The position numbers and the translations under genes were made by a program. Source: an uncultured Methylomirabilota bacterium (GTDB lineage Bacteria; Methylomirabilota; Methylomirabilia; Methylomirabilales; 2-02-FULL-66-22). From it: a stretch of DNA of 64,000 nt. The notes beneath the pieces were generated by a model, which made no database searches, had not been told where the DNA came from, and was given only the letters and a program-made list of their open reading frames with translations. Location: the NCBI GenBank assembly GCA_963705305.1, contig OY970067.1:480001-544000 (forward strand), read 5' to 3'. This document shows, piece after piece, positions 20,488 to 30,861 of this stretch (positions within the stretch are counted from its first letter, which is position 1; each line of letters begins with the position of its first letter).

Positions 20488-21249
20488 TCAATCCATCAGC
20501 ACCCCGCCATCGACGCTTAGGGTCTCCCCGTAGATATAGCTCGCCCCATCGGACACCAAGAACACCACCGCCGCAGCGATCTCTTCCGGCCGGGCAAAGC
20601 GCCCCAGGGGGATGCTCCTGGCCACCTGGTCTCGTTTGTCGGCAGCCAGGGGAGCATGCATCGGCGTATCGGTCGGACCCGGGCAGATACTGTTGATCCG
20701 AATCGACCCGCCGGCTAGTTCCCGGGCCACTGAGCGGGTAAACGCGATAACCCCGCCCTTCGAGGCTGCGTAGTGGGATGTAGAGATCCTCCCCCCTCCC
20801 CGCTTTCCCGTATCTGATGCAATAGTAACGATCCGCCCATCCCTTGCACGGTGCATTCCTTCTACCGCCCGCTGCACACACAAAAAAGTTCCCTTGAGGT
20901 TTACCGCGAGGACGCGATCCCATTCCTCCTCTGTGAGGTTGAGAAGCCGCGTCGTCCCGACAACGCCTGCACCCGTCACCAGGATGCGAGGCTCCTCCCA
21001 AGCTCTCGTGATCTGCTCGAAGGCTGCGTGCACCAACACCCGGCTGGTCACGTCCATAGGAATGGCCATGGCCGTCTTCCCTGTGGAGCGGATCTCTTCC
21101 GCGACCTGATTGGTCGCCTCACGGTTCATGTCGCAAACAGCGACACGGGCGTCGGCCGCCGCCAGCGCGAGCGCCACGGCCCTTCCGATACCGGACCCGG
21201 CACCCGTCACCACCGCCACCCTCTGCCCCAGATCAATCTGAAATGCCAT
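20488..21249 (-). CDS. SDR-family oxidoreductase
   Basis: TGAGSGIG, YAASK, NSICPG, VDGG. Confidence 0.92.
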   Translation of the reverse strand: MAFQIDLGQRVAVVTGAGSGIGRAVALALAAADARVAVCDMNREATNQVAEEIRSTGKTAMAIPMDVTSRVLVHAAFEQITRAWEEPRILVTGAGVVGTTRLLNLTEEEWDRVLAVNLKGTFLCVQRAVEGMHRARDGRIVTIASDTGKRGGGRISTSHYAASKGGVIAFTRSVARELAGGSIRINSICPGPTDTPMHAPLAADKRDQVARSIPLGRFARPEEIAAAVVFLVSDGASYIYGETLSVDGGVLMD

Positions 21250-21479
21250 GCTTGGATTCCTCCTCAATCGAAAATAGGATTTTCTATCAAAAGGCGGAAG
21301 GTTTCAACAAGAATGAGACACTCCAGGTTCCAATTTAGTGTGCAGCAACCTGTGGTTCCTGAAAATTCGTAATCAGCTTTCCGGTTGGCCTTTCCCTCAA
21401 TCTGCGCCACGCTGCCCGCCTTGATGATTCTCTCCTAGACCAAAGGATCCTGCCACATGATGCCCATCGTGCATGCACT

Positions 21480-22020
21480 GTTCGGCGCCGTGGTCGGTAC
21501 GTTTCGCTCGCGGATTGGTCTCCAACTTGAAATCGTGGCGCTGCGGCACCAGCTTGCACGGTCCCGCCGGTCGATCCGGCGGCCGGCGATCCGCCCCAGT
21601 GCCCGGATGCTCTAGGCATGGCTGGCCAGGCATTGGGGCCGGTGGCGCGAGGTTCTGGGCTTCGTGCAGCCGGCCACGGTGCTGGCCTGGCAACGCCGAC
21701 GGTTCCGGGAGCATTGGGTGCGGCTCAGCCGACGGATCACCCCGGGCCGCCCGGCGGCCAGCCAGGAACTCCGGACGCTGATCCGGGACATCTCGACCGC
21801 GAATCCGCGCTGGGGCTCGCCGCGAATCCAGGGGGAACTACGGAAGCTCGGGATTGCGGTGGCCAAATCCACGATCGAGAAGTATCGCATCCGCCCGTCG
21901 CGCCCCGCCTCTCCCTCCTGGAGAGCGTTCCTGCAGAATCACATGGCCGAGGTCGTCACCCTGGACTTCTTCACGGTCCCGACGGTCGGCTTCAAGGTGC
22001 TCTTCGTGCTCATCGTCCTG
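21480..22020 (+). pseudogene. Integrase-core (rve) transposase relic cut by the Y1 element
   Basis: LEIVALRHQL, PATVLAWQRRRF, NPRWGSPRIQGELRKLG, DFFTVPT; ends abruptly at the TIR. Confidence 0.8.
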
Positions 22021-22025
22021 TGGAT

Positions 22026-23108
22026 TAGGGGACGTTGCATTATCTGTCGAATCTCTTCATCGGCACCACCGCGGGATCGCGGCCTGCCAGTGGACAGCAT
22101 GGTGGGCCCCCCGCCGGGCGGCCAGGCTGACATTCCCCCGGGTCTGCCCGAGGGTGCGCGCGAGGGCACTCGCGGGGCGGCCGAGCACCTCCACCCAGAC
22201 GTAGGCGAGGAGCTGCCGGGCGGTGACCGCCGCCCGGGTCTGGGTGTGCCCGAGGAGTACGGGGCAACGGACGCCCAGGGCGGCGGCGAGCCGGGCGGCC
22301 AGCGTCTCGAGGGGGACGCGGGAGAGCCCTCCCGGCGGCGCCCCGGTGGGGGCGGCCCCGAGGACCGCCGTGACGAACGGCCCGCTCCCGAGGATCCGCG
22401 CATCGGCCTCGACGCGGGCCCCCGGCCGGCGGGCTGCCCGGACCGCCTGCCAGCCCCCCAGGCTGCGGACCAGGCCCCCGCCCTGGAGCTCCGGGCGGTG
22501 CCCCTGGGGGAGGCCTTCTGCCACGAACTGGCGGTAGGCGGCGGGGGTCCGGGAATGGCTGGCGCCGAACTGGGCGAGCACGGTCGCCGTGTCCTGCCAC
22601 GGGCGGGGGACGCTCCCGAGGAGGGCGCTGTGGCCGGTCCAGGGGTAGCGGGCCAGCGTCCGGAGGTCGGGGACGACCTGGGCCCGGATTGGGTTCAGGT
22701 GGAGGTAGCGGACCAGCTCCAGGAGGTACGGCTCTGCCTCCACGACGATGGATTTGTACCGGTTTTGGAAGAGGTGGCCCACCCGGCGGTGGCGCCGGTT
22801 GAAGGCGCCGGCGTACCCCGTGAGGAGGCTCCGCATGCTCCGGGGCAAGGGGCGCGAGCCCGTCCGGACCAGGAGGTGGGCGTGGTTCGGGAGGAGGGCC
22901 CAGGCGTAGACGGTGAGGGCCCCGCTCTCCGCGCGGGCGGCGAGCCGGGCGACGAAGTCGGCCCGGTCGGTGTCGTCCCGGAAGATCGTGGTCCGTTCGA
23001 TCCCCCGCACCATCACGTGGTGGAGGGTTCCGGGGGCATCCAGCCGTGCTTGCCGCGGCATGACAACGGGATGGTAGCAAAATGTGACAGATAATGCAAC
23101 GTCCCCTA
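22026..23108 (-). mobile_element. Y1/HUH transposase element, copy 2 (CDS 22057-23061)
   Basis: Same TIRs; translations in several frames are identical to copy 1 (offset 21030). Confidence 0.9.
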
Positions 23109-23278
23109 TTACGTCCCCTATTACTCCACGATTAGATCAGGTCGGACGCCGAGGATATGTCGGTCGAAGGCGGCAGATTGCAATTTACAGAAGGCCAGCG
23201 AGAGGCCTTCCTCAAGAAGCGCTCTCTCTGGCCCACTCCGTTGCCGTAGGCCTCTCGAAGTCAACCGAGCATCTGCGA

Positions 23279-24559
23279 TTACTGGGCGCCGAGGGCTCGG
23301 TTGGCCGCGAGGTGCGCGTCATGCAAGGCTTGCTCGGGTGTCTTCACACCCGTGAAGGCCTCCTGGACCGCCGTGATGACGGCGTCCCCGATCTTCGGCC
23401 ACTCCGGGATGCGCGGGTCCAGCTTCACGAACGGGGTCTGCGCGGTGTAGACCTTCGCGAACTTGTCGTTTCGCATCTCCGGCCCGTTCTTGACGTCGAG
23501 GCGGGCCGGCAGGACGCCGGCGATCTTGTAGTCCATCAACTGCACGTCGTGGCTGTACCAGGCCTTGTAAACCTTCCAGGCAGCCTCGGGGTTCTTGGTG
23601 AAGGCGCTGATGACGAACACGCCGTACTCGACCGCTGTCACCTTCTTCTTGCCGACCGGAACCGGCGCAGCACTCAGCACCTCATGGGCTTTCAGGTTCG
23701 GGTTGAGCGCATTGATGATCCGCCAGGACTGCGGGACCGCGATGACCATGGAGACCTTCTCGAACGCCATTTGCGTCCGGACCTCCTGCGCTCCCTGCTC
23801 GACCACCCCCGGCGGGACCACCTTGTGCTTCGTGAACAGCTCGACGTAGAATTTGAAGCCCTCCAGCGCCTCCGGCGTGTCGAGCGCGGAGTGCTTCTCG
23901 TCCGGGGTGAGGTACTCTGCGCCCGCCCCCCAGAAGAGCGGGTTGAAGCGGAGGAATAGTCCTTCCTGGCGGGCGCCGATGAGGCCCACGCCGTACCGGG
24001 AGCCCGTCGTCAACTTCGTCGCATCCGCGATGAACTGGTCCCAGGTGGCCGGCGGCTTGGTCGGGTCGAGCCCCACCGCCTTGAAGTGGGCGGTGTTGTA
24101 GAGCAGCGCCATGGGGTTCACGTACTCGGGAATGCAGTAGATCTTTCCCTTGTACTTGCACACCTCGAGCGCGGCCTGATCGAACTGCGCCAGGAACTTT
24201 TGGCCGCCCTCCTTTGCGATGAACGGATCGAGGGCCAGAAGATAGCCGCGCTCCGCGAAGAACGGGATGGGCCGCTGGGTAAACTGCGCGAGGTCGGCCG
24301 CAGCCTTGGCCTGGGACTGCGCCGTGTAGACGGTTTCCTTGTCGGCGTACCGGCTCTCGTCGCGGACGACCTCGATGCCGGGATTGGCCTTGTTGAACTC
24401 CTGCTGGAAGTTTTCAAAAACGTGCACCGTGGGCGTCTCTCCCCAGTGCCAGCTCTGGAATCGGATCTTCACTTGGGCCGCGGCAGGGCAGGCGGAGACG
24501 ACGAGGAAGAGGGTGAGCAGCATGAGAACGAGGGACAACCAGCGCCGGTTCCGCTTCAC
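23279..24559 (-). CDS. Sugar ABC transporter substrate-binding protein
   Basis: GTG start after AGGAGG, signal peptide, LLYNTAHFKAVGLDP..PATWDQF. Confidence 0.85.
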   Translation of the reverse strand: MKRNRRWLSLVLMLLTLFLVVSACPAAAQVKIRFQSWHWGETPTVHVFENFQQEFNKANPGIEVVRDESRYADKETVYTAQSQAKAAADLAQFTQRPIPFFAERGYLLALDPFIAKEGGQKFLAQFDQAALEVCKYKGKIYCIPEYVNPMALLYNTAHFKAVGLDPTKPPATWDQFIADATKLTTGSRYGVGLIGARQEGLFLRFNPLFWGAGAEYLTPDEKHSALDTPEALEGFKFYVELFTKHKVVPPGVVEQGAQEVRTQMAFEKVSMVIAVPQSWRIINALNPNLKAHEVLSAAPVPVGKKKVTAVEYGVFVISAFTKNPEAAWKVYKAWYSHDVQLMDYKIAGVLPARLDVKNGPEMRNDKFAKVYTAQTPFVKLDPRIPEWPKIGDAVITAVQEAFTGVKTPEQALHDAHLAANRALGAQ

Positions 24560-24729
24560 AGCACACCTCCTGGGAAAGGAGAGTCCACCACGCTGGCGCA
24601 GAAGCGCCCGAGATCGCATCGCGTCTGGCAGCCCATATGGCGCCGCTCCGATTGCCGCGCCCGTTCGCGGGACATAGGAACGGCTTCGCGTTTCAGCGCT
24701 CAGGCGGGCTTCGCACCCCCGAGCATGAC

Positions 24730-24975
24730 CTTCGGGGCGGGGCTTTCCCTCGATCACGGGGGCGGTAGCGATGCTGAGCGGCATCACAGGGAGGAGACCC
24801 GGCTTGAAAATGCCCTGCGGACCAATCAGGGGAACCCGGGTGCCATCGAAGATGAACCCAGTGGCCAGAGTGGTGCGGGGTAGAACCTCCCCGTGGAGCT
24901 GGGTCTGCTCCGTGAGGAAGCCGAAGGCCGCCAGCCGGACGCGTTGGTCCAGATCAATCGCGGATCCGTCCACTC
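24730..24975 (-). pseudogene. N-terminal fragment of an HNH/restriction-type nuclease
   Basis: DQRVRLAAF..L...LATGF.FDG.RVPL.GPQGIFKP...PLSI.T is the typical N-terminus of these proteins; truncated. Confidence 0.55.
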
Positions 24976-25353
24976 CAGCTCCTCCGCTGTGGCGGCGATC
25001 ACTACCGCGTAGGCCAAGGCAAGAAGTGTACGGGCCAGGGTGAGCCCGGGAGACACGTCGGCTGGGGCGGTGAGGCCGCCCTTTGGGAGATGGCGCAATC
25101 AGGCGGCTGAGCGGGAGCGTACTCCTCGCCTGGGGGCCAGTCAAGAATCAAGACGGGGTAGGAATGGATCATCGCATCTTGCTCTGACCTCTGCCCTTTC
25201 TATGAATCATAATCACTCAGAATCACTGGAACCAGCTCAGACTTTCTGCTATGCTACGCCGTCTTTAAGACGATCCAATCTAATCGGGCAGTGACACACG
25301 GCGCGCTTCGACCCGCCCCACCCAACCTCTTGCTGACGAGAGGAGACCAATCT

Positions 25354-25611
25354 ATGCCAACCGATCTCACCACCACCCTGCGGAAAGCCCTTGCCGAGCT
25401 ACAGGCAGAGCAGGCACGGCTGGATCGGCAGATTGCGGGGATCCGGCAGATTCTTGCAGGAGATGAGCGCCCGCAAGTCCGGCGTGCCCCCGTGAAGCGG
25501 CGGGCCAAGGGACGCAAGCCGATGAGTGCGGCAGCCAAGAAGGCCTTGAGTCAGCGGATGAAGGCGTTCTGGGCGAAGCGGCGGGCAGAGAAGGCGAAAT
25601 CTAAGACGTAG
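25354..25611 (+). CDS. Small basic coiled-coil protein, putative nucleoid-associated
   Basis: N-terminal coiled coil plus MSAAAKKALSQRMKAFWAKRR; AGGAG RBS. Confidence 0.65.
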   Translation: MPTDLTTTLRKALAELQAEQARLDRQIAGIRQILAGDERPQVRRAPVKRRAKGRKPMSAAAKKALSQRMKAFWAKRRAEKAKSKT

Positions 25612-25851
25612 GGAGCGCATCCGGGAGTGAATGGGAGTTCGCGGTGCTGTCGGGCCTGTGACGGGGGTGGCTGGTGCCAGGCGGACGGTGGAGACGCAGA
25701 CCAAGATGGCTGCCGTAATCCGCCGTCCGTAGAGCTTTGTCTCGAAATGCGAGTTGGTGCCGCAGGCGAGGCGGTCTGGGAGATCGGAAAGGTCGTCCCG
25801 CAGATGGCCATCCAGACCGTCTGACGCTCAGAGGGGGGAGGGAGCCCTGCC

Positions 25852-26199
25852 ATGCCGGAAGCGCCGCCGAAGCGCGTGTTGCTGCTGGGAGGTGAAGGGA
25901 TGGGCCGGGGGGACGACCGGCTCGGCCTGACCCTGCTGGAGAACTTCCTCAAAACCCTGGTGGGAAACCCGCTCCGCCCGGAGACGGTCGTCTGCTGGAA
26001 TGCCGGCGTCAAGCTCCTCACTGCGGATTCCCGCGTGGTCCAGCTGTTCCAGGATCTCCACGGCCTCGGCGTGGAGATCCTGGCCTGCAAGACCTGCGTG
26101 AACTTCTACAACCTCCAGGGGAAGCTGGGTGCTGGCGAGGTCGTCAGCATGCCCGTCATCGTCGACACGCTCTTGCATCACGATGTCCTGACGGTCTGA
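25852..26199 (+). CDS. DsrE/YedF-like sulfur/selenium relay protein
   Basis: MGRGDDRLG..LLENFL, WNAGVKL, GVEILACKTC.NFY. Confidence 0.8.
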   Translation: MPEAPPKRVLLLGGEGMGRGDDRLGLTLLENFLKTLVGNPLRPETVVCWNAGVKLLTADSRVVQLFQDLHGLGVEILACKTCVNFYNLQGKLGAGEVVSMPVIVDTLLHHDVLTV

Positions 26200-26319
26200 T
26201 CTTCGACGATCGACCGGCCATTCCCCGCCGTCCCTGAGACCTTCCCGGCACACGCCCGCCCCATCCGGAGCCAAAGTTACGCTGGGATGTTGACTGCAAG
26301 CTCCCGCTCGGCCTCTTCC

Positions 26320-26673
26320 TCTGTGATCGCCTTCGCTCACGCCTCAACGCGGCAACGAATACGCTCTCGTGTTGGATGCTTCGAGCCTTCACGATATATG
26401 GGGTAGATGCTTTGCTACGCATCAGTCCGCGAATGACTGATCGAGCGGTCGTCTTGAACGGTCCTGACGTTGACCATCCTTGTGTAAACATAATGTACGA
26501 TACGGCAGGGTCGGCGTGGGCTTTCTTCAATGCTTCCATGGCAACACGCTCCACCTCCTCCATCGCCTCCCAGTAGGGCATCTCACGGGGCCATGTTCTG
26601 ACCAATGAAAATCCACTTCGATTGGTCCAGGGAGGTCTCGAAATCTTTTCCAGTCGCCTGTTTCGTATTTCAT
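26320..26673 (-). pseudogene. Frameshifted hypothetical gene
   Basis: MKYETGDW..IEVDFHW (from 26673) joins MPYWEAM..FTQGWSTSGP only through a frameshift in a C-run near 26590. Confidence 0.45.
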
Positions 26674-26963
26674 ATCACCCTCCATTCCAACAGGTGGGTT
26701 AGCTGTCCTGAGTCAGCAGGAAAGACCGGATGCCATTCAGACATCTGGCCTGCCCCCCTTGGTTGGTCACCCGCAATGTTAGCTCAAACCGGCTCCTAAC
26801 GCCAGCGCCGGGCGCGGTTGGGCTGAGCCCACGACGATTATTCAATTTCCCCCCGGCCCTATAGCGGGAGCAGCGGGGGCGAAATTCGGAGGGTATTCCT
26901 GGCTGGTGATCTGAAGGGGCGCCCCGTTCGAGGAACACATGTCTCCCCGAAGAGGGTGAATCT

Positions 26964-27164
26964 CTAGCCGTTACACAAAGGTGTTGATAACGGTCGGCGT
27001 TTCGCTAGTAACGGCATGAATTGGTTGACCGAATCGGAACGCCTTGTCGGGGAAGAAATCTTCCTCGATGTCAGCTCAATCCGAAAAGGACGGAATGCGC
27101 TGTAACCACAGAGGAATCGCGCCTATTGACAAGCGAATCTTCAACACCTTTGTGTAGCGGGTAG
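26964..27164. mobile_element. 201-bp MITE with 24-bp TIRs and 9-bp TSD GGTGAATCT
   Basis: CTAGCCGTTACACAAAGGTGTTGA ... TCAACACCTTTGTGTAGCGGGTAG; GGTGAATCT at 26955-63 and 27165-73. Confidence 0.9.
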
Positions 27165-27207
27165 GGTGAATCTGGGGACTGGGTGGAGAGGGTTTCGCTG
27201 GTGTGAA

Positions 27208-27280
27208 GGGAAACGGAGCGCGTCAGTTGCCGGCGGGCCGTGCACCGGCGCAGCCGATCAACTGCACGCGCGGGTTAGGC
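27208..27280 (-). other. Integron attC-like recombination site
   Basis: Minus strand: GCCTAAC-ccgcgc-GTGCAGTTG ... CAACTGAC-gcgctcc-GTT; L boxes pair with one extra G; 20 bp after the stop of 27301-28005. Confidence 0.7.
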
Positions 27281-27300
27281 GCGCTTTTGCGGCTTCACAG

Positions 27301-28005
27301 TCAATACCCTAGACTTTCCGCCGCTATGCGCTGGAAATAGGCCCTCTCCTCCGAAGTGGTGTTTGCGTCTGAATACCGATTCCCGACTGGACTGCGCGCG
27401 AGGATCGTCCCGTAGAGCGTGCATGCGGCCAGATAGGTCCCGGAAGGGGTGGGATGCCCATCCGCGCTGTACAGCAAGAGATCGGGTCTTTCGTGGAGTG
27501 ACCGCGCAAAGGCTAGACCGGCCGGGGCCACCTCCGCTCCCAGCTCTGTCCCGAGAGCGTCGTAGGCCGCGGCAAGGTTCGCCGTGGTCACTCCATACGC
27601 AATGCTATCAGGCCGTTCCCACGTCATGAGAAGAATGGTCTGAGCTCCGCCGGCCCTGATTGCTCGATCGAACTCTCTGGCAAACTGATAGAACTTCTGC
27701 CGGTCACAGACCGGTGTTTGGCTTTGCTCCTGCAAGACGACGTAGCGCCATCCCCCGCGACGAATTGCTCGAAGGGCCTCCCCGTCCTTCCAGTGCCGTT
27801 CCAACGTGTAGCCGGCAGCCGTCTGCCGGGACGTCGCGATTGAAGGGGCCAGGCCCTCCAGCTGTTTGTCGATGCCGCCGCTGACATATGTGTAACTGTT
27901 GCCGATGAAGAGGATGCGTGTCGATGCTGGCTTGCTGCACGACGCCAGGACCAACAAAGCCACACAGAGGACGAAGACGGGTCGTCCAAAGGACGGTGTT
28001 CTCAC
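27301..28005 (-). CDS. SGNH/GDSL-hydrolase-like lipoprotein (gene cassette)
   Basis: Lipobox LASC, ILFIGNSYT, VVLQEQS, DGHP..GTYLAAC. Confidence 0.8.
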   Translation of the reverse strand: MRTPSFGRPVFVLCVALLVLASCSKPASTRILFIGNSYTYVSGGIDKQLEGLAPSIATSRQTAAGYTLERHWKDGEALRAIRRGGWRYVVLQEQSQTPVCDRQKFYQFAREFDRAIRAGGAQTILLMTWERPDSIAYGVTTANLAAAYDALGTELGAEVAPAGLAFARSLHERPDLLLYSADGHPTPSGTYLAACTLYGTILARSPVGNRYSDANTTSEERAYFQRIAAESLGY

Positions 28006-28189
28006 GGCATCCCCACTTTCGCGAGGGGAATCTCACGCTGCGCCACGGATCCGCGACGGCCCCATGATCCGGCCGCATGTCCCCAACGACGGCCGTATGA
28101 AGCGCAGGGGCACGCCGGTAAGAAAGTACATATTATTCTACAGGCCGGTACCCGTCCTCGCAGGCGGTGCCCTTTCCTCCATCCCGGAT

Positions 28190-28360
28190 GAAATGCAATG
28201 CGGTGCACGACACCGGCCGCGTCCAGCCGTGCGCGTCTCGGCATTATCCCCCATTGCCACAGCACCAGACAAGCTCTCGGCTTTCTTTTTTACCAGCGCC
28301 CGTCTTTTCTATGAGTGGTGTCGATGGGAAGATTCGACAGATAATGCAACGTCCCCTATT
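28190..28360 (-). mobile_element. Solo end and 5' stub of a third Y1 element
   Basis: GACAGATAATGCAACGTCCCCTATT at ~28336-28360; minus-strand MPRRARLDAAGVVHR from ~28244. Confidence 0.75.
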
Positions 28361-28535
28361 ATGGGAGGACCCGTTGTTTACGACCGTGTGAAGCCTCGCG
28401 GAAAGGTCGCACGGGGCGGAGGGGTTCTTATTTAGGCTGCCTCTCGGGAGAGGACCGGCTCTTTGCGTTTGGAGGAGCGCTACCGCCATAGATTAGGGTA
28501 GCCCGTGAGCAACGTTTCGCGGTATCCTAGGCGCC

Positions 28536-29030
28536 ATGAAACGGGTCTCAGGGCGGCGGTCCTTCCTCGCTTCCTCCGGCGCCGCCCCATCGCTGGGTGT
28601 TTCCTGGCTGGCGGGATTCCGGCGCGCGATTCGCCGCTGGTACGCGGGAAACCGGAGGCAGTTCCCGTGGCGGGAGATGCGCCAACCCTGGCCGACACTG
28701 ATCGCCGAGGTCCTGCTCCGGCAGACGCGGGCCTCGACTGTAGCCCGAGTTTACGGGGGGTTCCTGGAGCGCTGGCCGACACCGCAAGCGCTCGCGGCCG
28801 CGCGCCCCGCTGAAGTCACGACTGCAATCGCCCCGCTTGGCCTGGGGTACCGGGCCGCAGAACTGGTAGCCATCGCGAGGCAGGTTGTCGAGCGATTCGG
28901 CGGAGACGTCCCGGCTGATCGGAAGAAGTTGATGGCGATCCCGAGTGTCGGCGACTACACGGCCTCAGCGGTCCTATCCCACGGCTTCGGCAAGGGCGAA
29001 CCGACTGTCGACACGAATATTGTGCGCCAG
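28536..29030 (+). pseudogene. MutY/MIG-like HhH-GPD DNA glycosylase, C-terminally truncated
   Basis: RQFPWR, AEVLLRQTR, APLGLGYRA, IPSVGDYTASAV, VDTNIVR; Fe-S loop missing. Confidence 0.75.
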
Positions 29031-29077
29031 ATCCAGCAGCCTCCAGGGGAGAATTCTCTGTTCATGGAGGCCCTACC

Positions 29078-30442
29078 TTGGCACTCGTAAGACCTCGGCT
29101 AAATGATTATTATGATTTACCCTTTTCTCAAGAGCAAGTTAGCTTTGCTATCCCTCTCCTAGATGAAGACCTGCCTCTTTACGTTGACCCCTTTCTGCTC
29201 TGGAAATCCCCTTCTCAGCAGGACAATTCGTTGCATGCTCAAATCATAAACTCATTCAATTATCTTGGCACGCTTGTCCAGAAAGGCAGAGAAGATGAAG
29301 CCGTTATCCTACTGATCCAACTTTCCGAGTGCAATGAAGTGGGGTTCGGACATTCCATGTCTCGACACGGTGTGAAGATTGGGCGAAAGACTGCCGTTGA
29401 GATTCTCTCACTGTTCCAAGACATTCCCCAGGTCCAGACATCGGGATTTACCCATTTTGAGGAAATTCAACTTCTGGTTGAAGATATCGCGCACGACCGA
29501 ATAAGTGACATTGCGTGCAATCTCCTCATGTCATTTCTCGTCGATTACACAATCGATGAGTGCAGCCGATGGTCAATACCTACAGCAAAGAGCCGGATAA
29601 ACATCTACAACTGCAAATTAAACCAGTTCGGGTGTGAGGCCGTTGATTTGCCTATAAATCCGGAGACCAAGCGTCCTGTCGTGCTTGTGCCTAAGAGATG
29701 GCTTAGGTTTGTGCCCTGGATAAACTTTTCCGACTTTCAGGAGCATTACTTCGCAGAACACGCCGATGCGGAGCGCTTCCGGGATCGAGTGGCGATCTTA
29801 GACTACAATCGACACAACTACGGCATGGTACTAGCGTACGAGGCCATACGGGAAGGTGCCAGAAATGACTGCACCAATGATCTTCTCTTTCGGCCTATTT
29901 CAGTAATTTCGATGAAGAGGAAGATTCACGCTCTATCGGCTTTGAAGGCGGGCAAAACAGATAATGCGGACAAGGAGTACGAACGACTGATGGCTCCCTT
30001 GCTTGCGTCTGCAATGTATCCCGAGCTAGATTTCGCCGCTGCTCAGAGTCGAACCGTATCTAACGTACTCATACGCGATCTAATATTCTATAACAACCGG
30101 TCGTGCGACATAACCATTGATCTTCATAAGCTGTATGAATCACGACAGATGGTCATGGAAATGAAAAATGTCGCTGCTCTGAACAACGACCACATCGACC
30201 AGCTGAATAGATACATGAAGGAGGAATTCGGAAGGTGTGGGATCATCTTAACAAGACACCTTGCTCCGAAAGCAGTCTATAAGAACACAATTGACCTCTG
30301 GTCAGGCCAGAGAAGATGTATCCTGGTTCTAAGCGATGAAGACATCGCATTGATGGGGACACTCTACGAGTCTAAGCAAAGACGGCCAATAGAAGTATTA
30401 AAGAAAAAATACGTAGAATTCAGCAGAGATTGCCCTGGGTAG
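29078..30442 (+). CDS. Hypothetical protein with C-terminal restriction-endonuclease-like domain
   Basis: Low GC; DLPLYVDPFLL N-terminal motif; IRDLIFYN...MEMKN....IDQLNRYM (PD-(D/E)XK-like). Confidence 0.65.
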   Translation: MALVRPRLNDYYDLPFSQEQVSFAIPLLDEDLPLYVDPFLLWKSPSQQDNSLHAQIINSFNYLGTLVQKGREDEAVILLIQLSECNEVGFGHSMSRHGVKIGRKTAVEILSLFQDIPQVQTSGFTHFEEIQLLVEDIAHDRISDIACNLLMSFLVDYTIDECSRWSIPTAKSRINIYNCKLNQFGCEAVDLPINPETKRPVVLVPKRWLRFVPWINFSDFQEHYFAEHADAERFRDRVAILDYNRHNYGMVLAYEAIREGARNDCTNDLLFRPISVISMKRKIHALSALKAGKTDNADKEYERLMAPLLASAMYPELDFAAAQSRTVSNVLIRDLIFYNNRSCDITIDLHKLYESRQMVMEMKNVAALNNDHIDQLNRYMKEEFGRCGIILTRHLAPKAVYKNTIDLWSGQRRCILVLSDEDIALMGTLYESKQRRPIEVLKKKYVEFSRDCPG

Positions 30443-30448
30443 GAGGAC

Positions 30449-30856
30449 ATGCTCATGGGAAAGACGGGTGTGAAGGGACTGGATGTGGGCCGTTATGAAA
30501 GAGTTAATGCGCAGCTGGAAGGAGTATATGAGGAAATCACAGCCCTTTCGAAGAAATCCCCAAACGATGGGGTAAATAAGTTTAAGCTTCGGCTTGTAAA
30601 CAGAATACTCGAAGATGCCAACCAGATTCTTGACGATAAACACAAGCCATTTGACGACTTCGGAGTGTTTGATGAAGTCGCCCTTCCGAGCAACAGCGAC
30701 GTGGCATTCATCCTTGCTCAGTATCTCAACTGTATGGAGAATCTGAGGAGCGAGAATATTAAAGAATCAGGTTATGGCGGAAAATGGTACTGGGTCGTTA
30801 ATGGCAAAGTAACATTAGACAGAACGGCGCCGCCAAAGAAACTAAAGGGGAGGTAA
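30449..30856 (+). CDS. Hypothetical helical protein, paralogue A
   Basis: AGGAGG RBS; EITALSKKSPND.VNKFK...PSNSDV.FILAQY. Confidence 0.75.
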   Translation: MLMGKTGVKGLDVGRYERVNAQLEGVYEEITALSKKSPNDGVNKFKLRLVNRILEDANQILDDKHKPFDDFGVFDEVALPSNSDVAFILAQYLNCMENLRSENIKESGYGGKWYWVVNGKVTLDRTAPPKKLKGR

Positions 30857-30861
30857 GAATC

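Noticed and set aside
21664..23094. 476-aa integrase-like ORF
   Set aside because: Read-through from the rve relic into the antisense strand of the inserted Y1 element
23279..25144. 621-aa ORF suggesting a nuclease/solute-binding-protein fusion
   Set aside because: The binding protein has its own RBS, GTG start (24559) and signal peptide; the upstream part is a chance in-frame relic
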